NCBI GenBank assembly: GCA_963845935.1
Contig: CAWJTZ010000013.1
Coordinates: 63,081-127,080 of the forward strand
Length of the DNA stretch: 64,000 nt
Direction of reading: 5' to 3'
From: an uncultured Gaiellaceae bacterium
GTDB taxonomy: Bacteria; Actinomycetota; Thermoleophilia; Gaiellales; Gaiellaceae
Made by a program: the position numbers and the translations under genes. A model generated the notes under the pieces. It was not told the origin of the DNA. It was given only the letters and a program-made list of their open reading frames with translations, and did no database searches. Position 1 is the stretch's first letter, and every line of letters starts with the position of its first letter. Shown in pieces: positions 9,642 to 21,584 of the stretch.

Positions 9642-10910
9642 GTGGCGATCTTCGAGAAGACGACGCTCGGGAACGGTGTGCGGGTCGTCACCGCGCCCTT
9701 CCCGCAGGTCGGATCGGTGTCCTGTTTCGTCATGCTCGCGGCCGGCTCTCGGTACGAGACGCCGGAGTCGCAGGGGATCGCGCACTTCGCCGAGCACATG
9801 TTCTTCAAGGGCACGGAACGCCGCCCGACCGCCCGGACGATCTCGACAGAGATCGACGCGATCGGCGGTGAGTTCAACGCGTTCACCGGCAAGGAGCTGA
9901 CCGGTTACTACGTGCGCTGCGGCTCGGAGACGCGCGACGTCGCGCTCGACGTGCTGACGGACATGCTGCTCCACTCGCGCTTCGACGACGCGGAGATCGA
10001 GAAGGAGAAGGGCGTGATCCTCGAGGAGATGAACGTCTACCTCGACACCCCGCAGCGCTACGTCGGGAACGTGTACGACCGGCTGCTGTACGCCGACCAG
10101 CCGCTCGGCTGGGACATCCTCGGCACTCGGGCGACGATCGAGGGGACGACGCGCGAGACGTTCCTCTCGTACCTCGATACCTGGTACCGGCCCGAGCGCA
10201 TGGTGGTCGGCATCGGCGGGCGCATGGGCGACGGCCTCACGGAACGGCTCGAGGAGCTCCTCGGCGGCATCGAGCCACGGCCTACGGGAGATGCAGCCGA
10301 CGTCGAGCTCCCGCCGGACACCTCGCCGGTCCTCGTGCACACGAAGGACTCGGAGCAGGCCCACCTCATCCTCGGCGTGCGCGGTTACCCGATCGGTCAC
10401 CCGAGCCGCTACGCGCTCCAACTGCTCGCCGTCGTACTCGGCGGCGGGATGTCGTCGCGACTCTTCACCGAGGTGCGTGAGAAGCGAGGTCTCGGGTACT
10501 ACGTTCACGCCGGGAACACGGCGTACACCGACACGGGAACGTTCTACGCGAGCGCTGGCGTGGACGTCGCGCGCGTCGACGAGGCGATCACGACCATCCT
10601 CGGCGAGCTGCGGAAGATCGCTTCCGAGGCGGTGCCGGCCGACGAACTCGAGAAGGCACGCGGCTACTCGAAGGGCCGCTTCGTGCTCCGCCTCGAGAGC
10701 CCGCAGGGCACGATCCAGTACGGCCTCCGCAAGGAGGTGCTCGAAGGCGAGATCGAGGAGCCCGACGAGCTTCTGCGCCGCCTCGACGAGGTCACGGTCG
10801 AGGACGTCCAGCGAGTCGCCCGTGACCTCTTCGAGGGCAAGCGTCTCTATCTCGCGCTCGTCGGCCCGTTCGACGATCCCACGCGCTTCGAGAAGCTGCT
10901 CGCCGCGTGA
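9642..10910 (+). CDS. M16 family zinc peptidase (insulinase-like)
   Basis: 422-aa ORF. GIAHFAEHMFFKGT (HxxEH inverted zincin motif), then EKGVILEEM. Confidence 0.9.
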   Translation: MAIFEKTTLGNGVRVVTAPFPQVGSVSCFVMLAAGSRYETPESQGIAHFAEHMFFKGTERRPTARTISTEIDAIGGEFNAFTGKELTGYYVRCGSETRDVALDVLTDMLLHSRFDDAEIEKEKGVILEEMNVYLDTPQRYVGNVYDRLLYADQPLGWDILGTRATIEGTTRETFLSYLDTWYRPERMVVGIGGRMGDGLTERLEELLGGIEPRPTGDAADVELPPDTSPVLVHTKDSEQAHLILGVRGYPIGHPSRYALQLLAVVLGGGMSSRLFTEVREKRGLGYYVHAGNTAYTDTGTFYASAGVDVARVDEAITTILGELRKIASEAVPADELEKARGYSKGRFVLRLESPQGTIQYGLRKEVLEGEIEEPDELLRRLDEVTVEDVQRVARDLFEGKRLYLALVGPFDDPTRFEKLLAA

Positions 10911-12284
10911 GCGACGAGCGCGAGCTCCTCCGGCGGACCGCCGAGATCGCCGGCGACTTCCTCGACTCTCTCGAGGAGCGCCCCGTCTTCCCCCGGGACT
11001 CGATGGAGGACATCGCCGAGGCACTCGGAGGGCCGCTCCCGGAGTCCGGCTCCGACCCTCTGGAGGTCGTGGAGCTCATGGCGCGCGAGGTCGATCGCGG
11101 CGTGGTCGCGACGGCCGGCTCTCGGTACTTCGGGTACGTCACGGGCAGCGCGCTTCCCGCGACGGTCGGCGCCGACTGGCTCACGACGATCTGGGATCAG
11201 TGCGCAGGGCTCGGCGCACTCGGGCCGTCGGCGATGGTCGTCGAGGAGATAACCGGCGACTGGCTGAAGGACATCTTCGGCCTCCCGCCCGACACCTCGT
11301 TCGCAATCACGACCGGCTGCCAGATGGCGCACGTGACGGCGCTCGCCGCCGCGCGGCACCACGTGCTCGACGACCACGGCTGGGACGTCCGCGACGGCGG
11401 GCTCGCCGGTTCGCCGCCGATCACCGTCGTCGTCGGTGCACTCCGGCACGTGACCGTCGACCGCGCGCTCCGGCTCCTCGGCATAGGCAGCTCGCAGATC
11501 GTGGTCGTTCCGGCGGACTCCCAGGGGCGCATGGAGCCCGCCGGGCTCCGGACGGCACTCGCGGGGATCCACGGCCCGACGATCGTGGTCGCCCAGGCAG
11601 GCGAGGTGAACACGGGCTCGTACGACCCCTTCGTGGAGATCGTCGAGATCGCCCGGGAGACCGATGCGTGGATCCACGTCGACGGCGCCTTCGGGCTCTG
11701 GGTCGCCGCCAGCCCGACCCGCCGCCATCTCGTCGACGGCGTCACGCGGCGCCGACTCGTGGGCGACCGACGGACACAAGTGGCTCAACGTCCCGTACGA
11801 CTGCGGTCTGATGTTCTGCGCGAGACCTGCGTCGCACAACGCGTCGATGACGATGAGGGCCTCGTACTTCGAGGGCCAGGGGAAGTGGGTGCGCGACGCG
11901 GTCGACTGGACGCCCGAGTCATCCCGCCGTGGGCGCGCCTTCACCGTCTACGCAGCCCTGCGCTCCCTCGGGCGAGAGGGGCTCGCCGATCTCGTCGACC
12001 GCTGCTGCGATCTCGCGAGCCGGTTCGCGGCCGGCATCGAGCAGCTACCCGGTTGCGAGCTGCTGAACGACGTCGTCATCAACCAGGTGCTCTTCCGCTT
12101 CGAGGACGACGAGACGACGCTCCGCGTCCTCGACGAGGTCCAGCGGGGCGGCGAGGCGTGGATGGGCGGGACGACCTGGGAAGGGCGCACGGCGATCCGC
12201 ATCTCGGTCTCGAGCTGGCGCACGACGGAGAGCGACATCGACCGCACCGTCGCTGCATTCGAGGGGGCACTCGTCACCGCCTGA
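10907..12284 (+). pseudogene. PLP-dependent decarboxylase (group II aspartate aminotransferase-fold decarboxylase family), frame switch near 11748
   Basis: Frame 2 (ORF 10907..) reads ...IHVDGAFGLWVAASPTRRHLVDGVTR. It continues in frame 0 as ADSWATDGHKWLNVPYDCGLMFC... (ORF 11664..12284). The start overlaps the M16 stop (GTGA). Confidence 0.85.
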
Positions 12285-12335
12285 TCCGTCGGCACGACCC
12301 GCGGTTCGTTGACGCGGATCGCAAAGCGTCGTTCA

Positions 12336-13320
12336 ATGGTGACTCGTGCCGCCGGTCACGCCACGATCAGCCGTCGCGCGAGAGGCGCCGGTGCAGCCCT
12401 CGCGCTCCTCCTCTGCCTCGCAGTCGCGGCAGCAATTCGCCGCGAGCAGCGCGGAAAGCGCCTCGACCTCGCGCACGCAGCTCGGCATCGTCGGCGACCC
12501 GGGACGGTTCACGCAGCTCACCGGGCAGCGCTCGAGCATTCGCCACATCTTCGCGAGCCTCTACCAGAGCACTTCGTTCCCGCGGATCCTCGAGCAGCTC
12601 CGGCCGGTGCCGATGCTGGCGCTCAAGACGGGTGGCACCCCGCCGCTCGACCTCGCCCAGGGCCGAGCCGACTCCTCGCTCGTCGCCCTGAACGGCGCGC
12701 TCGCCGGATTCGGCGGGCTCGTATACGTCCGCCCGATGCCGGAGATGAACGGGCACTGGAACGAGTACTGCGCCTTCAACAAGGACGGCTCGTCACGCGG
12801 CCCGCGCTACTCGACCGCGTCCTTCCGCAAGGCGTTCGCCCGGATCGCGATCTTCGCTCGAGGTGGGTCGCGCGCGTCCATGAGCGCGCAGCTGCGCAAG
12901 CTCGGCCTGCCCGGAGTGGCCTCCGACCTGCCGCTGACCCAGGCGCGGATCGTCTGGAACCCGCAGGGCTACGGCGCGCCGGACATTCCGGCCAACTCGG
13001 CGGCGGCGTACTACCCGGGGGACGCGTACGTCGACGTGGTCGCGAACGACATCTACCGCCAGTCGACGGGTGCGGCGTGGGACGCGAACGAGGCGCTCTA
13101 CCGCCGGTACCCGCACAAGCGCTACGCGATCGCGGAGTGGGGCCTCTGGGGAATGGACGACCCCGCGTACGTCGAGCAGATGGCCGCTTTCACGCGGACC
13201 CATTCGCGGATGGAGTTCCTCTCGTACTTCAACAGCAAGCCGGGATCGCTCTGGGATCTCGGTTCGAAGCCGCAGAGCCGCGCCACCTACCGCAGGCTGA
13301 TAACTCCGCTCGGGAGCTGA
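12336..13320 (+). pseudogene. Secreted glycoside hydrolase family 26-like protein. The signal peptide and the mature part are in different frames (~12443).
   Basis: Frame 0: MVTRAAGHATISRRARGAGAALALLLCLAVAAAI (signal-like). Frame 1 (ORF 12346..13320): ...LVYVRPMPEMNGHWNEY...YYPGDAYVDVVANDIY...AIAEWGLWG. Confidence 0.65.
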
Positions 13321-13329
13321 TCGGCGAGC

Positions 13330-15289
13330 TCAGTCCTCCGTCGGCTGCTCGACGGCTCGCTCGGCGATCTCCGAGACGACGGCTGGGTCCGCCAGCGTCG
13401 TCGTGTCGCCCAGCGGCCGGTGCTCCGCGACGTCGCGCAAGAGCCGGCGCATGATCTTCCCCGACCGGGTCTTCGGCAGTTCCGGCGTGAAGACGATGTT
13501 CGCGGGCTTCGCGATGGGGCCGATCTTCACGGCGACGTGGTCGCGGAGCTCCTCGAGCATCGCCACGAGAGCCCTCCTGCCCACCCTTGAGCGTCACGAA
13601 GGCGACGATCGCCTGTCCGGTCAGCGGATCCACGCGCCCGCAGACAGCCGCCTCGGCGACGCTCGGGTGGTCGACGAGCGCCGACTCGACCTCGATCGTG
13701 GAGATGCGGTGGCCCGAGACGTTCATCACGTCGTCCACCCGGCCGAGCAGCCAGAAGTCCCCGTCCTCGTCGACCCGAGCGCCGTCGCCCGCGAAGTACA
13801 TGCCGGGAAAGCGCTCCCAGTAGGTCGCCCGGAAGCGCGCGTCGTCGCCGAAGATCCCTCGGGTCATCGCCGGCCACGGCCGCTTGAGCACCAGGTAACC
13901 CCCACCCCCGGGCCCGACCTCGTTGCCGCTGTCGTCCACGACGCCCGCGTCGATGCCCGGGAACGGCCGGGTCGCGGACCCCGGCTTGGTGGTGGTCACG
14001 CCGGGCAGCGGCGTGATCATGATCATCCCCGTCTCCGTCTGCCACCACGTGTCGACCACGGGGGTGCGATCGGCGCCGATGTGTCGGCGGTACCACATCC
14101 ACGCCTCGGGGTTGATCGGCTCGCCGACGGAGCCGAGCAGGCGAAGCGACGAGAGGTCGTGCTTGGCCGCGTGCTCCGGGCCCCACTTCATGTGCGCGCG
14201 GATCGCCGTCGGGGCCGTGTACAGGATCGTGACCTTGTACCGATCGATGATCTCCCACCAGCGGTCCTTGTCCGGGAAGTCGGGGGTGCCCTCGTACAGC
14301 ACGCTGGTGGCGCCGTTGCAGAGCGGCCCGTACACGATGTAGCTGTGCCCGGTCACCCAGCCGACGTCGGCGGCGCACCAGTAGACGTCGCGCTCGGGCT
14401 TCAGGTCGAAGACGTAGTCGTGCGTCGCGGCGACACCGACGAGGTAGCCGGCGGTGGTGTGGGCGATTCCCTTCGGCTTCGCGGTCGTCCCGCTCGTGTA
14501 CAGGAGGTACAGCAGGTCCTCCGAGTCCATCGGCTCGCAGGGGCACGAGGCGGGATCGGTCGGCTGCCCCGCGACGAGGTCGTTCCAGGTGATGTCCCGA
14601 CCGGGCGTCATCGGCACGTCGCCGCGCGTGCGCTGGCCGACGACGACGCTGCGAACGCCCGGGCACGATGCGAGCGCGTCGTCGGCGTTCCGCTTGAGCG
14701 GGACGATTGCGCCGCGGCGGTAACTCTCGTCCTGTGTGAGAAGCACCTCGCAGCGCATGTCGTTGAGCCGGTCGGCGAGCGCTTCCGCCGAGAAGCCGCC
14801 GAAGACCACCGTGTGCGGAGCGCCGAGTCGCGCGCAGGCGAGCATCGCGACGGGGAGACCCGGCCCCATCCCCATGTAGATCCCGACCGCCGTCCCCTTC
14901 TCGACACCGAGCGAGCGGAGGCCGTTGGCCGCGCGCACGACCTCCTCGAGGAGCTGCGCGTACGTAATCGCCGTGCGCTCACCCTCGGGCTCGCCCTCGT
15001 AGTAATAGGCGACGCGGTTGCCGAGCCCCGCCTCGACGTGACGGTCGAGGCAGTTGTACGCGACGTTGATCTTCCCGCCCCCGTACCACTTCGCATACGG
15101 AAGCTCCCATTCGAGCAGCGACGTGAACGGCTCGAACCACGTGACCCGCTCCCGTCCCTCGCGCTCCCAGAAGTCCTCGAAGGGGACGTCGTAGATGTCC
15201 GGCTTCGCGTTCGCCTGCGCGGCGAACTCCCGCGAAGGCGGATAGCGCCGATCCTCCGCGAGCAGCGTCTCGATGGCGGGGTCGCTCAT
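13330..15289 (-). pseudogene. acs: Acetyl-CoA synthetase, frame switch near 13567
   Basis: ORF 13229..15289 reads through ...YTSGTTAKPKG...WQTETG...[13 protein letters not shown] 13330..13584 then supplies [45 protein letters not shown]. Confidence 0.92.
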
Positions 15290-15330
15290 CTCGGACGCCG
15301 ATCCTAACGCGGTGGGTAGAGTCCGAAGAG

Positions 15331-16824
15331 GTGGACGCGGACCTTCGCGCGCTCAAGGAGCGCCTTGCCGAGATCTCCGATCTGAGCAAGGCGGTTGGCG
15401 TGCTCGGCTGGGACCAGAAGGTCGTGATGCCGCCCGGCGGCCATCCCGCGCGTGCCGAGGCGATGGCCACCGTCGGACGAATCGCGCACGAGAAGTTCGT
15501 CGACGCGGAGATCGGCCATCTGCTCGACCGGCTGCAACCGCTCGAGGAGTCGCTCGACTACGACTCGGACGACGCGAGCCTGATCCGCGTCACCCGCCGC
15601 GACTGGGAGAAGCAGCGCCGGGTCCCGACCGAGCTGCGGACGGAGATGATCCGCGCGGCTGCGCTCGGCAACCAGGTCTGGATCGATGCGCGGGCGACCA
15701 ACGACTTCCCGAAGTTCCTCCCGGCGCTCGAACGCAACCTCGAGCTCAAGCGCCGCTACGTCGAGCGCTTCGAGTGGGAGGACTCGCCCTACACGCCGCT
15801 GCTCGACGACTTCGAGCCCCACATGCTGACCTCGGAGGTGGCGGACGTGTTCGCCACGATCCGCCCCGTGCTCGCCGAGCTCGTGCAGCAGGCTCCTCGC
15901 ATCGACGCGTCGTTCCTCCACCAGCACTTCCCGGAGGACGAGCAGCGCGCCTTCTACGACCGCATCCTCCGAACGCTCGGCTTCGAGGACGGCTCGTACC
16001 GGCTCGACCCGACCGTCCATCCCTTCTGCACGTCCTTCTCCAGACGGGACGTGCGCATGACGACGAGATTCGAGAGCGGGCTCGACGGGCTGTGGTCGAC
16101 GATGCACGAAGCGGGGCACGGCCAGTACGCACATGGCATCGCACCGTCCCTCGAGCGGACGCCGCTCGCGGGATCCCCGTCGCTCGGTCTCAACGAGTCG
16201 CAGAGCCGGACGTGGGAGAACCTCGTCGGGCGCTCGCGGCCGTTCTGGCTGCACTGGTACGAGCCCTTGCAGGAGGCGTTCCCCGCCCAGTTGGGAGACG
16301 TCGACCTGGACGCGTTCCTCGCCGCCGTCAACCGCGCCGAGCCCGGTCTCATCCGCGTCGAGGCCGACGAGACGACGTACAGCCTGCACATCATCCTCCG
16401 CTTCGAGCTCGAGCAGCGCCTCATCGAAGGCACGCTCGAACCGAAGGACCTCCCCGAGGCATGGGCGGCCGGCATGAGCGACCTGCTCGGCGTCGACGTA
16501 CCCGACGACGCGCGCGGCGTCCTCCAGGACATCCACTGGTCGCAGGGTGGCGTCGGCTACTTCCCGACGTACGCGCTCGGCAACGTCATCTCGCTGCAGA
16601 TCTGGGCGTCGGTGCGCGAGGCGATCCCGGATCTCGACGCGCAGATGGAGGCGGGCGAGCTCCACGAGCTCTCTGCATGGCTCCGCGACAACCTCTACTC
16701 CCTCGGTCGCAAGTTCAGGCCGAAGGAGACCATCGAGCGCCTCACCGGTTCGCCGACCATCGACCCGCAGCCGTACCTCGTGTACCTGCGCGACAAGCTC
16801 GCCACACTGCCCGCCGGTGTCTGA
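15331..16824 (+). CDS. M32 family carboxypeptidase (Taq-type)
   Basis: 497-aa [11 protein letters not shown] (HExxH), [31 protein letters not shown]. Confidence 0.9.
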   Translation: MDADLRALKERLAEISDLSKAVGVLGWDQKVVMPPGGHPARAEAMATVGRIAHEKFVDAEIGHLLDRLQPLEESLDYDSDDASLIRVTRRDWEKQRRVPTELRTEMIRAAALGNQVWIDARATNDFPKFLPALERNLELKRRYVERFEWEDSPYTPLLDDFEPHMLTSEVADVFATIRPVLAELVQQAPRIDASFLHQHFPEDEQRAFYDRILRTLGFEDGSYRLDPTVHPFCTSFSRRDVRMTTRFESGLDGLWSTMHEAGHGQYAHGIAPSLERTPLAGSPSLGLNESQSRTWENLVGRSRPFWLHWYEPLQEAFPAQLGDVDLDAFLAAVNRAEPGLIRVEADETTYSLHIILRFELEQRLIEGTLEPKDLPEAWAAGMSDLLGVDVPDDARGVLQDIHWSQGGVGYFPTYALGNVISLQIWASVREAIPDLDAQMEAGELHELSAWLRDNLYSLGRKFRPKETIERLTGSPTIDPQPYLVYLRDKLATLPAGV

Positions 16825-17281
16825 CACCGTCCCGCTCGTCGTCAACGGGGAGGAGCGAAGCGTCGACGTCGAGGGCCGCACGCTGCTGGTGCACGCGCTG
16901 CGCGACGGCCTCGGGCTGACGGGAACGCACATCGGCTGCGACACGAGCCAGTGCGGCGCCTGCACGGTGCTCGTCGACGGGCACGCGGTGAAGAGCTGCA
17001 CGGTGCTCGCGCACCAGGCCGAGGGCCGCGAGATCACGACGATCGAGGGGCTCGCACCGGACGGCGACATGCATCCGCTCCAGCAGGCGTTCGTCGAGCA
17101 CCACGGCCTGCAGTGCGGGTTCTGCACGCCCGGCATGATCCTCACCGCTGTCGATCTCCTCTCGCGTGACGCCTCGCCGAGCGACGAGGCGATTCGCCAC
17201 GCGCTGCGCGGCAACCTCTGTCGCTGCACCGGCTACCAGGGCATCGTCGAATCCATCCGTGCGGTCGGAGGGTCTGCGTGA
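16817..17281 (+). CDS. Molybdo-hydroxylase small subunit, [2Fe-2S]-binding (CoxS/XdhC-type)
   Basis: GTG 16817 overlaps the M32 stop. [16 protein letters not shown]...[10 protein letters not shown]...[11 protein letters not shown]. Confidence 0.9.
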   Translation: MSDTVPLVVNGEERSVDVEGRTLLVHALRDGLGLTGTHIGCDTSQCGACTVLVDGHAVKSCTVLAHQAEGREITTIEGLAPDGDMHPLQQAFVEHHGLQCGFCTPGMILTAVDLLSRDASPSDEAIRHALRGNLCRCTGYQGIVESIRAVGGSA

Positions 17282-18072
17282 TTCCGGCCCCGACGCGGTA
17301 CGCACGCGCGACGGACGTCGACCACGCCCTCGAGCTGCTGGGCGAGCCCGATGCGAAGGCGATCGCCGGCGGGCAGTCGCTCATACCGGTCATGAAGCTG
17401 CGCGTCGCCCGCCCGTCGCTCGTCGTCGACATCTCGCGGCTCGAGCTGCGCGGCATCGAGGAGCGCGACAACGAGGTGCACATCGGGCCGCTCACGACGT
17501 GGAGCGAGCTGGCGAGCGCCGGGCTCCCCGCAGGCCTCGAGGCTATTGCCGAGTGCGCCCGCGGAATCGGCGACCTGCAGATACGTAACCTCGGGACGAT
17601 CGGCGGCAGCGTCGTGCACGCAGACCCGGCGTCGGACATGCCGGCCGTGTTGCTCGCGCTCGGCGCACGCCTCGCGGTCCGCTCCGCCGACGGCGTGCGA
17701 GAGCTTGCCGTTGCGGACCTACTCCTCGGCCCGTTCACGACCAGCCTGGGTGCGCAGGAGTTGGTGACCGACGTCGTCGTCCCGGTTCCGTCGCCCGACT
17801 CGGGGTCCGCTTACGCGTCCGTCGAGCATCCGGCATCGGGCTTCGCACTCGTCGGCGCGGCAGCGCTCGCTGGTCCGGAGGGCGAGACGGTGGCAGTGAC
17901 CGGTGTCGGCGCGACGCCTTTCGTCCTCGACGGAGATCCCGCGATCGCCATTCGCGACGCCGAGATCTACGGAGACCGCTTCGCGTCGGAGGAGTACCGC
18001 CGCGAGCTCGCCGGTGTGCTCGTCGAGCGCGCGCTCGCGACCGCAAGGAAGCACGCGAAAGGGGATCGATGA
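17278..18072 (+). CDS. Molybdo-hydroxylase medium subunit, FAD-binding (CoxM-type)
   Basis: GTGA overlap with the upstream gene. [19 protein letters not shown]...[10 protein letters not shown]. Confidence 0.88.
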   Translation: MIPAPTRYARATDVDHALELLGEPDAKAIAGGQSLIPVMKLRVARPSLVVDISRLELRGIEERDNEVHIGPLTTWSELASAGLPAGLEAIAECARGIGDLQIRNLGTIGGSVVHADPASDMPAVLLALGARLAVRSADGVRELAVADLLLGPFTTSLGAQELVTDVVVPVPSPDSGSAYASVEHPASGFALVGAAALAGPEGETVAVTGVGATPFVLDGDPAIAIRDAEIYGDRFASEEYRRELAGVLVERALATARKHAKGDR

Positions 18073-20339
18073 GCGACTCGGTGATCGGCGTCGCCCGCCC
18101 GCGGGTCGACGCGCCCGACAAGGTGACGGGCGCCACGAGGTACGCGGCCGACGGCTACGTCCACGGTCTGCTGCACGCCCGCCCCGTCCTGGCGACGGAG
18201 GCACATGCACGGATCCGCGGCATCGACGCGAGCGCGGCTCTCGACGTCGCCGGCGTCGTCGCCGTGCTCACGGCGGCCGACCTCCCGATCGCGTCGGCCG
18301 GCACGGATCGCACGTCGGAGCCGCTGGCGCGCCAGGAGGTCGTCTTCGCGGGCCAGCCGGTCGCGCTCGTCGTGGCCGAGTCCGAGGCGGCCGCGGAGGA
18401 CGGCGCGGAAGCGGTCGTCGTCGACTACGAGTCGCTCGCGGCGGTCGTCGACGTCGAAGCCGCGATGGAAGTCGGAGCACCCCTTGCACGCACGGTCGAG
18501 GAGACCGACGACGAGGCAGGCGACCTGGAGTCGATCCACGCCGGCGTCGACCACGGCCAGGCGGACGATCCCGAGGAGAAGCTGTCGGAGAACGTGCTCG
18601 ACCGCATCACGCGCGAGCAGGGCGACGTCGCGGCGGCATTCGCCGCGAGTGCGGCGGTGGTCGAGGGGACGTTCCGGACGCCGTGGGTCTACCAGGCGTA
18701 TCTCGAGCCGCAGGTCTGCACCGCCTGGCTCGAGCCCTCGGGGACGCTCGTCGTCTCGACGAGCACGCAGGGCGCCTTCGTCACACAGCGCGAGGTCGCC
18801 CGGGCGTTCGACCTTCCGCTCGAGCGCGTTCGGGTCGTCGCGGAGCCGCTCGGAGGCGCATTCGGCGGGAAGTTCGCGCTCGTCGAGCCGCTCGCGGTCG
18901 GCGCCACACTTGCACTGAAGCGACCTGTCCGGCTCGTGCTCACGCGCTCCGAGGACTTCCAGGCGACGAACCCGGCGTCGGCGCAGGTGACGCACCTGAA
19001 GATCGGCGCGCGTGCCGACGGCACGCTCACCGGGATCGAGGCGCGGATGATCGTCGACCGCGGCTCGAATGCCGGCTGGGGCGTCGAGGGCATCAGCTCA
19101 CTGCTGGTCGCCGGCCCGTACAACTGGGAAGCACACGACCTTCGCGGCTATGGCGTCCAGACGAACCGGTTCACGTTCGGTGCGTATCGCGCCCCCGGGG
19201 CGCCGACCGCGGCCTTCGCGCTCGAGTCGCTCCTGGACGAGCTCGCGAAAGCGCTGGAGCTCGATCCCATCGAGCTCCGACTGCAGAACGCAGTCGTCGA
19301 GGGCGACGTCGGCGTCAGTGGCACTCCGTCCCCCGTGATCGGCGCACGGGAGGTGCTCGAGCGAATCAAGGAGCACCCGCTCTGGGCCATGCGAGACGCC
19401 CTCCCGGAGGGTGAAGGGATCGGTATGGCGGCAGGCCACTGGCCCGGCGGGCTCGAGCCCGCGGCCGCCGTCTGCCGGGTGAACTCGGACGGGACGATGA
19501 CGGTCGTGACGTCCGCAGCCGACATGAGCGGCGTGAACTCGGGGTTCGCGGTCATCGCCGCGGCCGCCTTCGGCCTCGCGCCCGATCAGGTCCGGGTCGT
19601 CTCGGCCGACACGACCTCCGGCCCGTACGCGGGCGGCAGCGGCGGCTCGAAGGTGACGTACACGGTCGGCGCGGCCGTCATGCGCGCGGCGGAGTCGGCG
19701 CGTCAGAAGGTACTCGCGGCTGCCTCACAGGAGCTCGAGATCGCGCCCGACGACCTCGAGGTCGAGGATGGCGTCGTACGCGCGATCGGAGCTCCGGACC
19801 GCTCGATCACCGTCGAGGATCTCGCGAAGAAGGCGCTCCGGTTCGGCGGCCGGTACGAGCCGATCGAGGGCCACGGCGGCTCGGCCCAGACGAGTGGGGC
19901 GCCGTCGGTCGCCGCTCACCTCTCACACGTCCGGATCGACCGCGAGACCGGCGAGGTCGAGCTCTTGCGGCACGTGATCGCGCAGGACGTCGGTCGCGCG
20001 CTGAACCCCGCACTCGTCGAGGGACAGATGCGAGGCGGGGCCGCGCAAGGCATGGGCTGGGCGCTCTACGAGCAGCTTGACCACGACGAGGACGGACGCC
20101 TGCTCTCTGGCTCGTTCCTCGACTACGCGATCCCGACCGCGGAGCACGTTCCCGAGATCGAGACGCTCGTCGTCGAGGTCCCCGCGCCCGACGGGCCGTT
20201 CGGTGCGAAAGGCATCGGCGAGGCGCCGGTCGTCGGCGCCCCCGCCGCCATCGCGAACGCCGTCGCGGCCGCCGCCGGAACGCGCCTGTACGAGCTCCCG
20301 ATGACACCGCCGCGCGTCTGGAAAGCCCTGCGTTCGTGA
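18069..20339 (+). CDS. Molybdopterin-binding large subunit of the xanthine dehydrogenase/aldehyde oxidase family
   Basis: 756-aa ORF with ATGA overlap. VTGATRYAAD..., FGAYRAPGAPTAAFALES, GIGEAPVVGAPAAIANAV. Confidence 0.9.
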   Translation: MSDSVIGVARPRVDAPDKVTGATRYAADGYVHGLLHARPVLATEAHARIRGIDASAALDVAGVVAVLTAADLPIASAGTDRTSEPLARQEVVFAGQPVALVVAESEAAAEDGAEAVVVDYESLAAVVDVEAAMEVGAPLARTVEETDDEAGDLESIHAGVDHGQADDPEEKLSENVLDRITREQGDVAAAFAASAAVVEGTFRTPWVYQAYLEPQVCTAWLEPSGTLVVSTSTQGAFVTQREVARAFDLPLERVRVVAEPLGGAFGGKFALVEPLAVGATLALKRPVRLVLTRSEDFQATNPASAQVTHLKIGARADGTLTGIEARMIVDRGSNAGWGVEGISSLLVAGPYNWEAHDLRGYGVQTNRFTFGAYRAPGAPTAAFALESLLDELAKALELDPIELRLQNAVVEGDVGVSGTPSPVIGAREVLERIKEHPLWAMRDALPEGEGIGMAAGHWPGGLEPAAAVCRVNSDGTMTVVTSAADMSGVNSGFAVIAAAAFGLAPDQVRVVSADTTSGPYAGGSGGSKVTYTVGAAVMRAAESARQKVLAAASQELEIAPDDLEVEDGVVRAIGAPDRSITVEDLAKKALRFGGRYEPIEGHGGSAQTSGAPSVAAHLSHVRIDRETGEVELLRHVIAQDVGRALNPALVEGQMRGGAAQGMGWALYEQLDHDEDGRLLSGSFLDYAIPTAEHVPEIETLVVEVPAPDGPFGAKGIGEAPVVGAPAAIANAVAAAAGTRLYELPMTPPRVWKALRS

Positions 20340-21487
20340 CCGCGCTCGAGCGCGCGCGGACCGTCGTCGAGACCTGGGAGGAGGAGCTCCGCCGCGAACT
20401 CCCGGAGAACGCGTATCTCTTCGACGTCCACACGCACCTCGGCAACGACATCGACGGAATGGTCGGGAGCTACGAGGAGCTCTCGTCGGTTCTCGACCGT
20501 TTCGGCTTCGAGGGCGCGTTCATGTTCTGCCTCGACGAGCACGACCGCGAGCCGGCGTTCACCGTGCCGAACGACAGGACGCTCGCCCATGCCGAGCGCT
20601 CGCAGGGACGGCTCGTCCCGTTCGTCCGGCTCGACCTGACCACACGGCCGCTCGAGGAGGCGCGGCGCTGCCTCGACCTCGGCGCACGCGGCATCAAGCT
20701 CCACCCGCGCGCCCAGGCCTTCGCGCTCAGCGACGAGCGACTGCAGCCGATCTTCGCCCTCGCGGTCGAGCGCGACGTCCCGATCCTCATCCACGGCGGG
20801 CGCGGCCTGCCCCCGATCGCGGAGGACCTCGAGGCGCTCGTGCGGCGCAACGAAGGCGTCCGGCTCATCATCGCGCACGCCGGGATCGCCGACATGGCAG
20901 GGCTCGCCGGACGGCTCGGCGGTATCCCAGGGGTGTTCTTCGACACGTCGGTCTGGAGCGGCCTCGATCTCCTCGACCTCTACCGCCAGATCGCGCCCGA
21001 GCAGGTGCTGTACGCCTCCGACTATCCGTACGGTCGGCAGCCGAACTCCTTGCTCGTAGCTGTGCGGACGGCGAAGCTCGCCGGCTTCGACGACAAGCAG
21101 CTGCGGCTCATGCTCGGCGGCAGCGCCCGGCGGATGCAGGCGGGAGAAGCGCTCGAACCCCTGTCCGGCCCGAAGGGGCCAACGTCGCTCGTCCAGCCCT
21201 TGACCTTCGCGCGGATCCACCAGTACATCTCGATGGCGGTCCCCATGCTCTGGCTCCGTCAGCGTGACGCGATCGGCGCGATCGGACTGGCGGTCAACGC
21301 CTCGCGCGAGCGGTCGAACGGGCACCCGGACGCGTCGGAGCGCATCGAGGAGCTCCTCACGACGGCTCAGGACCTGTGGCGCTCGTGCGCCGAGATCGAA
21401 GACGACGGCGACCGCGTGCGCGCGTTCCGGGCTGCCATCCAGCTCGTGAACCTCGCGGACATGGTCTCGCTGACGACGCGCGCCTAG
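20336..21487 (+). CDS. Amidohydrolase-family (TIM-barrel metal hydrolase) protein
   Basis: 383-aa ORF with GTGA overlap to the Mo subunit. FDVHTHLGNDIDG...GIKLHP...PILIHGG...IIAHAG. Confidence 0.75.
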   Translation: MTALERARTVVETWEEELRRELPENAYLFDVHTHLGNDIDGMVGSYEELSSVLDRFGFEGAFMFCLDEHDREPAFTVPNDRTLAHAERSQGRLVPFVRLDLTTRPLEEARRCLDLGARGIKLHPRAQAFALSDERLQPIFALAVERDVPILIHGGRGLPPIAEDLEALVRRNEGVRLIIAHAGIADMAGLAGRLGGIPGVFFDTSVWSGLDLLDLYRQIAPEQVLYASDYPYGRQPNSLLVAVRTAKLAGFDDKQLRLMLGGSARRMQAGEALEPLSGPKGPTSLVQPLTFARIHQYISMAVPMLWLRQRDAIGAIGLAVNASRERSNGHPDASERIEELLTTAQDLWRSCAEIEDDGDRVRAFRAAIQLVNLADMVSLTTRA

Positions 21488-21584
21488 CCGACACGGCGCT
21501 CCGCGGGCTCACCAGGACCGGGCGGAGGCAGTCGACCGTCGGTCGTCGATCCCCGCACTGGTCGCCTTAACGACCCGCGCGTTG

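Noticed and set aside
16817-20339. Calling the three-subunit enzyme an aerobic carbon monoxide dehydrogenase (coxSML)
   Set aside because: The large subunit shows AYRAPGAP in place of the AYxCSFR active-site loop of bona fide form I CODH. I left it as a xanthine dehydrogenase-family hydroxylase of unknown substrate.
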